Below, in pieces: positions 56,685-64,000 of a stretch of DNA of 64,000 nt. Source of the stretch: Candidatus Gemmiger avistercoris (GTDB taxonomy: Bacteria; Bacillota; Clostridia; Oscillospirales; Ruminococcaceae); contig DXBF01000054.1 of assembly GCA_019116705.1 (NCBI GenBank), positions 93,304-157,303 on the forward strand, given 5' to 3'. The position numbers and the translations under genes are program-made. Position 1 is the stretch's first letter; each line of letters begins with the position of its first letter. The notes below the pieces were generated by a model that worked only from the letters and a program-made list of their open reading frames with translations, made no database searches and had not been told where the DNA came from.

Positions 56685-57735
56685 ACAGGGTCTTGAGCAG
56701 GTCCCAGAGGGCCCGGGCGCTTTTTTGCCAGCTGTAGCGCCGCAGCAGTTCCGCGGGGTCCCGCCGGGGCGGCCGGACGCGGTCTACATCCCCGGCGTTG
56801 TCCGCAAGGTCGATATACCCGGCGCAGTCGCCGTACACTTCCCGCATGCAGGGGGTATCGCTGACATAGATGCGCGGCGCGCCGCAGGCCACCGCCTCCA
56901 GCGGCGGGATGCCGAAGCCCTCGTACAGCGTAGGGAACAAAAAAGCCCTGCAGTGGTGCATCAGCGCCTTGGCTTCCCCATCCGACACATAGCCCAGGTA
57001 GACCACATTGGGCAGGCCGTCCAGCCCGAGCCGTTTGGCCTGGGCCGCCAGGCTGCCCCCGCCCGCAATGGCGAACACCGCGTCGGGTTTGGCTTTTGCC
57101 GCCCGCAGCACCCAGGGAAAGTTTTTATTCTTCAGCAGGTTGGCCATACTGAAGTAATATTCGCCCCTGCGCAGCCCCGGCGTTTTTGCAAAGATACGCT
57201 CGTCCGGCGCGATGCGCTGCATCTGCTGCCAGGCGTTGTACACCACCGTGATGCGCTCCGGCTCCACGCCGTAGTAGCGCTGGATCTCCTGCCGGGAAAA
57301 CTCCGACACCGTGACGATCCGTTCGGCCACAGCGGCGATACGGCGGTATTGCAGCCGGTGCCAGACGGCGCTCAAGCGGCCGCGCAGGTCGGTGTAAAAG
57401 TCCGGCCGGGCCCGGTAGCAGACATCGTGCACGACGGCCACCCCCGTGAAGCCGAACAGCGGGATCACATTGCAGGTAGCCAGCCCCTTGGCGCCACGCT
57501 GCCGCAGATAGGCCGGATAATCCAGCTGCTGCCACAGCGCGCCCCTGCGGGCGCCGAACGTGACCGTGCGGATATTCTGGTAGACCGGCAGCCGCACGCC
57601 GTGCGGGGCGACCACCTCCACCGCACCGGCGGGGACCAGCGCGTCCAACGCCGAAAGCAGTTCGATGGAATAGCGCTGGATGCCCGAAATGCGCTGGCCG
57701 AAGAACGATCCGTCCACCGCCCATACCGTCGCCAT
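56683..57735 (-). CDS. GT4 family glycosyltransferase
   Basis: SGIQRY, TVSEFS, KN, YEGFGIPPLEA. Confidence 0.9.
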   Translation of the reverse strand: MATVWAVDGSFFGQRISGIQRYSIELLSALDALVPAGAVEVVAPHGVRLPVYQNIRTVTFGARRGALWQQLDYPAYLRQRGAKGLATCNVIPLFGFTGVAVVHDVCYRARPDFYTDLRGRLSAVWHRLQYRRIAAVAERIVTVSEFSRQEIQRYYGVEPERITVVYNAWQQMQRIAPDERIFAKTPGLRRGEYYFSMANLLKNKNFPWVLRAAKAKPDAVFAIAGGGSLAAQAKRLGLDGLPNVVYLGYVSDGEAKALMHHCRAFLFPTLYEGFGIPPLEAVACGAPRIYVSDTPCMREVYGDCAGYIDLADNAGDVDRVRPPRRDPAELLRRYSWQKSARALWDLLKTL

Positions 57736-57736
57736 G

Positions 57737-59011
57737 TTATCCTTCCCCTTCCTGCGGCAATTCCAGTCCCGCATACAGTTGCTTGGCGCGCAGCACCCTG
57801 GCCACGCTTTCATCCAGCCTCGCGGCGGGGATCGTGCCGTCCTCCACCGCAGCCACCACCGCGTCGAAGGCTTCGGCCAGACCGGCGGGCATCAGCAGAA
57901 CGTCGCAGCCCGCCTGCAGCGCGCGCACCGCTGCCTGCCCGGGGCCATACCGTTCCGTGACGGCCCCCATGGACAGCGAATCGGTCACCACCAGGACGGG
58001 CGCGCCTTCCAGCACTTCGCCGCGCAGTACCTCCGTGACCAGCCGGCACGAAAGCGAAGCCGGTGCGTCGCCGCCCCCCAGAGCAGGCGCGGCGATATGC
58101 CCCACCATGACCGCGGGGAGCCGCTCCGGGTCAAAACCGTTTTCCGTCAGGCGGAAGGGCAGGAACTCACAGCCGCGCATCTCGGCCAGCGTGCGGTCGG
58201 TGCGGGCCAGGCCGCTGTGGCTGTCCTCCGCCGTATCGCCATGCCCCGGGAAATGCTTGTATACCGGCAGGACTCCCTGTTCCTGCAGGCCCTGCGCCAT
58301 GGCCGCGGCCATCCGCGCCACCGTCTCGGCATCCTGCGAGAAAGCACGGTCCCCGATGACCGGGTTTTCCGGGTTGGTGAGCACATCGGCGTCCGGCGCG
58401 AAGTCCATCGTAAAACCGCAGGTCTTCAGGTAACCGCCGATGGTCCGCCCCATCTCCCGCGCCTGTTCCGGGTCGCCGGAAGCGCCGACCGCCGCCGCGC
58501 TCTCATACTGAGGCAGGGCGAAGTCCGGGTCGTTGGCCAGACGGGCCACCGCGCCGCCCTCCTCGTCCACCGCAATGAGCAGCGGCCACCGGCTGGCCCG
58601 CTGCAGGTCTGCATTGAAGCGGGTCAGCTGTTCCGGGTCCTCAATGTTCTTGCCGAACTGGCAGATCCCTCCCACCGGGTATTGCTGCAGGGCAGCGCGC
58701 ATGGCCTCGGTCAGTTCCGTCACACCCGCCGCCCGCTCGTCGTCGATCTGTGTCTGGGGCAGCGCCGGGTCCAGCGCGTCGGGCCGGACCATGAACAGCT
58801 GCCCCACTTTTTCCCGCAGCGTCATCTGCTGCAAAAGGGCGTTTATCGGGTCGGCCGCCGGGGCTTCCGGGCTGGCCGTCGGGGCTTCCGGGCAGGCCGG
58901 CGGGCTTGCCGCAGGCCGCGCCTGCTCCGTTTCGGCCACCGGCGCCGCACAGGCGCAGAGCAGCAGGGCCAGCAGCAGGGCCGCCGCCCGAACCTTTCGC
59001 TTTCTGCGCAT
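57737..59011 (-). CDS. nagZ: GH3 beta-N-acetylglucosaminidase lipoprotein
   Basis: Lipobox LCAC, DEEGG, KHFPGHGxxxxDSH, VTDSLSM. Confidence 0.88.
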   Translation of the reverse strand: MRRKRKVRAAALLLALLLCACAAPVAETEQARPAASPPACPEAPTASPEAPAADPINALLQQMTLREKVGQLFMVRPDALDPALPQTQIDDERAAGVTELTEAMRAALQQYPVGGICQFGKNIEDPEQLTRFNADLQRASRWPLLIAVDEEGGAVARLANDPDFALPQYESAAAVGASGDPEQAREMGRTIGGYLKTCGFTMDFAPDADVLTNPENPVIGDRAFSQDAETVARMAAAMAQGLQEQGVLPVYKHFPGHGDTAEDSHSGLARTDRTLAEMRGCEFLPFRLTENGFDPERLPAVMVGHIAAPALGGGDAPASLSCRLVTEVLRGEVLEGAPVLVVTDSLSMGAVTERYGPGQAAVRALQAGCDVLLMPAGLAEAFDAVVAAVEDGTIPAARLDESVARVLRAKQLYAGLELPQEGEG

Positions 59012-59114
59012 GGCGCTCCCTCCCCGTTTTCCGTTCTTGTATTATAGCATGGGAATCCCCGCCGGGCAAGCCGGCAGGCAAAGCCCCCGTCCCTGCGGGA
59101 CGGGGGCCGTTTCC

Positions 59115-60134
59115 TCAGCTTTCGCCGCCGGCAGTGTCCGCGTAATCGTCGCGGCCGCCCACCGGGTGTTCGGCGATGATGGTATCTTCCTCCTCCGCCG
59201 TTTCGGCCGTGGCGGTTTCGTCATACAGGCTCTCTCTGGTGACGGCAAAAACCGATTTATAATCCGCGTCCGCTTCGTACACGACGGTGGGCGCGGCGCT
59301 GGAAGCCAGGTAGCACAGGCTTTCATCGCCGGGCGTCAGCGCCCCCCAGCGCACCGTCAGGCTTGCGCCGTCGGTGAATACGGCTGTGACCGTGACGTCC
59401 GGCGTATCCAGGCCGTACGCGCTGTCCGCTTCCGGCGTGGTGATGCTCCATTCGGTCTGCACGCCGCACAGGGTGTTGGCCATCCGCTTTACGGCGCTCT
59501 GATCCAGCGGATATTCCGGGTCATCGGCCAGCGTCCAGATGCCGTCGCTCTGCACAAACTGCAGGCCGCCCACCTGCAGGGTGGCCACCTCGTCGATGGT
59601 CTGCTCCGTCAGCCGCTGGGCGGCGTACAGTTCCCGCGGCGTTTTGCACAGCCCCGCCAGTTCCGTCTGGGGCACGGTGTAAGCCGTGCCTTCTTCGTCG
59701 TAGACATAGTAAATATCGGCCACGTCGTTGGCCTGATCCACCGTCAGCGTGCGCGTCTGCGCCCCGCTCACGATGGAAAACTCCATCAGCGGCGTATCGC
59801 TCCGCGCAGGGATCGCAGCCAGTTCGTCGCCCTGCAGCAGACGGTCCGCCGTCAAACCGGCCACATCTTCCAGCAGGGACTGCACACTCTGCTGCTCCAG
59901 CGGCAGCGTGGGGTCGGATTCCAGCATCCAGCCGCCTTCCTCCCCTTTGAACAGGGTCACATTGGTGTTTTCGCCGCTGTAGGTGAGCCGGCCGATGGCA
60001 TCCGCCGAAAAGTCGCACAGCGGGATGCCGGTCTGCTCAGGTTCCCCGCCGCGTTGCAGCAGGGCCAGCGCAGCGGCCAGGACCAGCACCACGGCGGCCA
60101 GGACCGCCAGCGGCAGCATCTTTTTTTGATTCAC
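59115..60134 (-). CDS. DUF4340-like membrane-anchored protein
   Basis: N-terminal TM, repeated W...plxQ units, YGLD.P; follows a GldG-like gene. Confidence 0.75.
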   Translation of the reverse strand: MNQKKMLPLAVLAAVVLVLAAALALLQRGGEPEQTGIPLCDFSADAIGRLTYSGENTNVTLFKGEEGGWMLESDPTLPLEQQSVQSLLEDVAGLTADRLLQGDELAAIPARSDTPLMEFSIVSGAQTRTLTVDQANDVADIYYVYDEEGTAYTVPQTELAGLCKTPRELYAAQRLTEQTIDEVATLQVGGLQFVQSDGIWTLADDPEYPLDQSAVKRMANTLCGVQTEWSITTPEADSAYGLDTPDVTVTAVFTDGASLTVRWGALTPGDESLCYLASSAAPTVVYEADADYKSVFAVTRESLYDETATAETAEEEDTIIAEHPVGGRDDYADTAGGES

Positions 60135-60149
60135 AGGCAGTTTCTCCTT

Positions 60150-61574
60150 TTAGCGGCGGCGCCGGATCAGGCAGACCGCAACGCCGGCAACCAGACAGGC
60201 GATGGGCAGCACAAAGACAAACAGCAGGCTCAGCCCGACAAGCGCGGCATTGGGCACCGAAAGGCCCACGGCGCTCATGCTTTTGCCGCTGATGACCGCC
60301 GCCGTCTGCTGGTCGTTGAACCAGTTGACAACACAGCCCAGGAACTGGGCATTGCCGCCGGAAACGCTCTGGTTCATCCCCGAGAGCAGCGTATTGGGGC
60401 AGTTGATCCAGACCACCCGCGCGCCGGTGGCGCTGTTTTCGGCCGCCACCGCCACATTGAAGCGGCCTTCGGGGTCGGTATCGGACTTTGCGGCTGTCTC
60501 GGCGGTGGCGTAGTTTTCCATCGAGTAGGCGCTGTCGCCGGTGGTCAGCAGCGGGGTGAAGGAATAGGCGCTGTCTTCCGCTGTAACGATGCCCTGTGCG
60601 ATGGGCGTGTAGACCATCATGCCGCTGCTCATCCCGGCCAGGATCTCGCTGGCTTCTATGTTGGGCAGCAGGTAAGTCTGCGGATAACCGTAGGGATAGT
60701 GGTCTGCATCGGTCTCCACCAGCAGGCCGGACTGCCGGGTCATGCCGCACTCTGCCAGCACGGCGTCCAGGTTCGGCGTTTCCACCGTGAAATCGGTCGC
60801 CACCAGCAGTTTGCCGCCGCCGGCAAGATAATCGCTGAGCAGGGCGGCTTCCTCTGCCGTCACATCGGCAATGGGCGCGTTGATGAGCAGGCTGGCCGCC
60901 TCCTCCGGGATGGAACCGGCGGTGGTCAGGTTCAGTTCCTGCACGGTCACGCCCGCGTTGTTCAGTGTCTCGACAAAGTCGCTTCCCAGCGCCGTTTCGC
61001 CGTGGCCGGTCAGTTCATACAAATCGTAACTCACGGTGCGGGTGACCCGGCCGATAGCGGTGGTCAGGGCGTTCTCGGCATCGAAGGTGTATTCCTCGGA
61101 GCCATAGTAATAGTAGGCGTCCATATCCACCGCGTACATATCGCTGTAGCTGACGACGGTATACTGGCCGGCGGTGGTCATGACCACGCAGCCGGTGCTG
61201 GCCCCCTCATACTGTTCCACGAAGGTTGGGTAAAGCACCGGGTCCCGCTGCTGCCAGGTGAACCGGCTGCTTTCGTCGGCATAGCGGTCCAGCAGGCGGG
61301 TGATGTTGCTGTCCTCCTGGCCGGAAGTGGCCAGGTAATAGGCGGTGACGTCGGTATCGAGCTCGTGCAGCATATTCTTGCTGGTCTCGCTCAGGGTAAA
61401 CATCGAGTTGGTGGAAATATCAAAGGCAGTATACCGGGTGGGCAGCGCCTGCAGCACCAGGTTGAGCAGGATCACCGCCGCCAGCACCACCGCCGTCAGC
61501 AGGGCGGCGTACACACCGTTGCGGAGGGCCTTTTTGCTGCCGTGCAGTTCCTGCCACGGTTTTTTCAGGTTCAT
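60150..61574 (-). CDS. GldG-family ABC auxiliary component
   Basis: DISTNSMFTLS, GHGE, N- and C-terminal TM, ends in RRRR. Confidence 0.85.
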   Translation of the reverse strand: MNLKKPWQELHGSKKALRNGVYAALLTAVVLAAVILLNLVLQALPTRYTAFDISTNSMFTLSETSKNMLHELDTDVTAYYLATSGQEDSNITRLLDRYADESSRFTWQQRDPVLYPTFVEQYEGASTGCVVMTTAGQYTVVSYSDMYAVDMDAYYYYGSEEYTFDAENALTTAIGRVTRTVSYDLYELTGHGETALGSDFVETLNNAGVTVQELNLTTAGSIPEEAASLLINAPIADVTAEEAALLSDYLAGGGKLLVATDFTVETPNLDAVLAECGMTRQSGLLVETDADHYPYGYPQTYLLPNIEASEILAGMSSGMMVYTPIAQGIVTAEDSAYSFTPLLTTGDSAYSMENYATAETAAKSDTDPEGRFNVAVAAENSATGARVVWINCPNTLLSGMNQSVSGGNAQFLGCVVNWFNDQQTAAVISGKSMSAVGLSVPNAALVGLSLLFVFVLPIACLVAGVAVCLIRRRR

Positions 61575-61592
61575 ATCTGCGCGTTCCTCCCC

Positions 61593-62456
61593 TCAGGCCC
61601 AGCGGCGGCGCTCGATCGTCTGCCCGGTCAGAAAGAGGAACAGGGCGATGACCGAGAGATAGTAGACGATGGCGGTCAGGCTGAACATGCCGCCCACGAT
61701 GCCATTGAACGGCGAAAACAGTTCCAGCGCCGACAGTACGCTGTCAAAGGCCGCCAGCAGCCAGGTGGGCCGGATGACGAACAGCACGATGAGCGCCGCG
61801 CTGCCCCCGCAGAACATCGCGCAGGCCGCGGTCAGGCTTTTGCAGAGCACGCCGGTCAGCACCGACGCGATGACCAGGACCGACAGGAAGGCGATCAGGG
61901 CCAGCACGCTGCCGCTGGTGAACATGGTCTGGATGCCGTTCATCAGGTATGTGACCAGCAGCGCGCCGAAGGTGGCCAGGTAGGCGATGATCTGGTTTTC
62001 GGTCAGGGCCGAGATCCAGGTCCCGATGGCCAGGCAGGCGGCCCCCAGCAGCAGATAGGCGAACAGCGCGCTGTAGGCCGAGAGCAGCGAAACGCTGCCG
62101 AAAGCCGTCAGGATCAGCGGCATGACGGCCGCCGCCGCCATGGGCGCCGCAAAGACAACGAACTCCGCCAGGAACTTGCCCAGCACGATGGCCGGTATGC
62201 TCACCGGGCTGGTGAGCAGCAGCTGGTCGGTCTTGTTGCGCCGGTCCTCGGCAAAGCTGCGCATGCTGATGGCAGGCACCAGGAACAGCAGGATCATGGT
62301 GATGGTATAAAGGACCGAAGCAAAATCCGAAGAAGCGTTCATCAGGTTGCGGTTGCTGAAATACAGCCCCAGAAAAAACAGGCTGACGGCCGCCGTCACA
62401 TAGCCGATCATGCCGGTGTAGTAGGCGCGGGTCTCGCGCTTGAAGATCGCCGCCAT
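61593..62456 (-). CDS. GldF-like ABC-2 permease
   Basis: AIFKRE, SFAEDRRNKTDQLLLTSP, LGKF, ENQIIA. Confidence 0.88.
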   Translation of the reverse strand: MAAIFKRETRAYYTGMIGYVTAAVSLFFLGLYFSNRNLMNASSDFASVLYTITMILLFLVPAISMRSFAEDRRNKTDQLLLTSPVSIPAIVLGKFLAEFVVFAAPMAAAAVMPLILTAFGSVSLLSAYSALFAYLLLGAACLAIGTWISALTENQIIAYLATFGALLVTYLMNGIQTMFTSGSVLALIAFLSVLVIASVLTGVLCKSLTAACAMFCGGSAALIVLFVIRPTWLLAAFDSVLSALELFSPFNGIVGGMFSLTAIVYYLSVIALFLFLTGQTIERRRWA

Positions 62457-62457
62457 G

Positions 62458-63420
62458 TTATGCCTCCTCCTTCTGTTCGGGCGCACCCGTGTGCTCGGTC
62501 AGCTGCAGGAATACATCCTCCAGGCTCATGCTCCCGGCGTTCATGCTCAGCACCGGGCACCCGGCCTGAGCCAGCGCCAGCGAGAGCGCGCCGCGCAGGT
62601 CTTTCCCCGTTGTGCTGACCGCAGTGAAACTGACTTCCCCGCTCTTTTCGGCGGTGACCCGCAGGTCGCTGAGGCCCTCCACGCCGGAAGCCGCCGCCAG
62701 CACCGCCTCCCGCGTGCCCTGGGCGGTGACCGATATGATCCCCCGCGCGGCCAGTTTGCCGGCCAGTTCCTCCGGCGTGCCCTGGGCCACCAGCTTGCCC
62801 CCGGCGATGATAAGCACGCGGTCGCAGACCGTCTGCACTTCGCTGAGGATATGGCTGGAGAGGATCACCGTATGGGTACGGCCCAGGTCGTGGATCAGGG
62901 CGCGGATCTCGATCATCTGGGCAGGGTCCAGCCCCACGGTGGGCTCGTCCAGAATGATGATCCGGGGCGCGCCCAGCAGCGCCGCAGCGATGCCCACCCG
63001 CTGGCGGTAGCCTTTGGACAGGTTGCGGATCAGCCGCTTTTCCATCCCCACGAGCCCCGTGCGGCGGCAGGCCTTGTTCACCGCTACCCGGCGGTCGCCC
63101 TTTTTGCGCACCCGCTTGAGTTCCGCCACGAACAGCAGGTACTCCTCCACCGTCATGTCCTGGTAGAGAGGCGGCTGTTCCGGCAGGTAGCCGATGCAGG
63201 CTTTCGCCTCCAGCGGTTCCTCCGCGATGTCGTGCCCGTCGATGCGCACCTCCCCTTCGGTGGCCGAAAGGAAGCCGGTCATGATATTCATGGTGGTGGA
63301 TTTTCCCGCGCCGTTGGGGCCCAGCAGACCGTAGATGCAGCCGTCCTCCACCGTAAAACTGACGTCATCCACGGCGGTGCGCCTGCCGTAGCGCTTTGTC
63401 AGATGCTTGACTTCGATCAA
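62458..63420 (-). CDS. GldA-like ABC ATPase
   Basis: TTG start after GGAGGG; GPNGAGKST, LSKGYRQR, DEPTVGLDP. Confidence 0.92.
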   Translation of the reverse strand: MIEVKHLTKRYGRRTAVDDVSFTVEDGCIYGLLGPNGAGKSTTMNIMTGFLSATEGEVRIDGHDIAEEPLEAKACIGYLPEQPPLYQDMTVEEYLLFVAELKRVRKKGDRRVAVNKACRRTGLVGMEKRLIRNLSKGYRQRVGIAAALLGAPRIIILDEPTVGLDPAQMIEIRALIHDLGRTHTVILSSHILSEVQTVCDRVLIIAGGKLVAQGTPEELAGKLAARGIISVTAQGTREAVLAAASGVEGLSDLRVTAEKSGEVSFTAVSTTGKDLRGALSLALAQAGCPVLSMNAGSMSLEDVFLQLTEHTGAPEQKEEA

Positions 63421-63621
63421 AATATACCCTCCCTGTTCTGGGTCTGGCGTGCGGCGCAGGCCGCGCCCGCGTAAGCCGTATTTATTATAGCGCCTAATTG
63501 TGAAAATTTCGAGGTATCCCGGCGAAGACGCGCCAAAAACTTGCGCCCTTTTGCCCGGTATGCTATAGTGGAGCCAGACAACGCCGCCTGCGCGGCAGGA
63601 AACAACTGAAAGGAGCGTTCC

Positions 63622-63819
63622 ATGGAAGAACTGAATGAGATCCTGCAAAAATTCGCAGCCTCCGGCTGGGAACTGATCGCCGTTCCTTCCCGGGCATGGC
63701 TGGACGGACAGGGTGACCGCGACAAACTGGCCGCCGCAATCCGCCAGGCCGACGCGGAATGCGGCAGCTGCGGCTGTGAACTGGACCTTCTGTACAAAAA
63801 AGCGCTTACCCTGCTGTAA
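63622..63819 (+). CDS. Small hypothetical protein with CGSCGC motif
   Basis: AAAGGAG RBS, promoter TTGCGC-17-TATAGT (63541-63569), terminator hairpin at 63836-63864. Confidence 0.8.
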   Translation: MEELNEILQKFAASGWELIAVPSRAWLDGQGDRDKLAAAIRQADAECGSCGCELDLLYKKALTLL

Positions 63820-63869
63820 GGCCAGCGCACATAAGAAGCCCGGGGCCTGCGGCCCCGGGCTTTTGCCGT

Positions 63870-64000
63870 TCACACCAGTTCCACTTTATAAGCCTGCAGC
63901 CAGTGGTTGAGCTGCAGGAACCAGGCAATGGTCTGCGGGGTGGTCATCAGCTGGCCGTACCAGGGCACCGGGTTGTCGGCGCCGGAGGCCAGCAGCGTTT
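63870..64000 (-). CDS. 3' end of an unidentified CDS (truncated by window)
   Basis: Open frame ...TLLASGADNPVPWYGQLMTTPQTIAWFLQLNHWLQAYKVELV* with host-like codons, ending at the shared terminator. Confidence 0.6.
   Translation of the reverse strand, partial: TLLASGADNPVPWYGQLMTTPQTIAWFLQLNHWLQAYKVELV

Noticed and set aside
58533-62618. 1361-aa + strand ORF, and similar long ORFs at 19944-23195, 39932-42244, 26555-28576, 47966-50149, 49884-52196 and 10451-12349
   Set aside because: Antisense shadows of well-supported genes; high-GC codon bias removes stops on the opposite strand; no motifs or RBS
1-64000. CRISPR array, tRNA/rRNA, IS element, intact prophage or a duplicated ssrA 3' fragment
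   Set aside because: None recognised by eye; an exhaustive repeat search could not be run

Overview
A high-GC Firmicutes chromosomal segment. Gene content suggests Oscillospiraceae/Ruminococcaceae (Subdoligranulum/Gemmiger/Faecalibacterium-like), which is an inference. It is mostly housekeeping DNA: pyk-luxS, pta, ffs-dnaX-ybaB-recR, smpB-ssrA, tepA, ftsK, a ComEC-type MBL gene, a metF/split-metH/cbiK/btuCD-like block, rex-tdk, htpG with tandem CIRCE, an orphan LanRK-FEG-like module, a nucleoside uptake and catabolism cluster, a divergent type IIA topoisomerase pair, pgm, comM, nagZ-GT4 and a GldAFG/DUF4340 ABC system. I saw no CRISPR array, rRNA, tRNA or intact mobile element. The most interesting locus is the 3' end of tmRNA. 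An ORF remnant resembling a large serine recombinase C-terminus reads antisense into ssrA. A perfect 9-bp inverted repeat is centred on the tmRNA ACCA end, like an att site, and the remnant carries the apparent ssrA terminator. Next to it is a four-gene two-component operon whose kinase is split by one in-frame TGA. All family assignments come from motif recognition by eye; no database searches were run.
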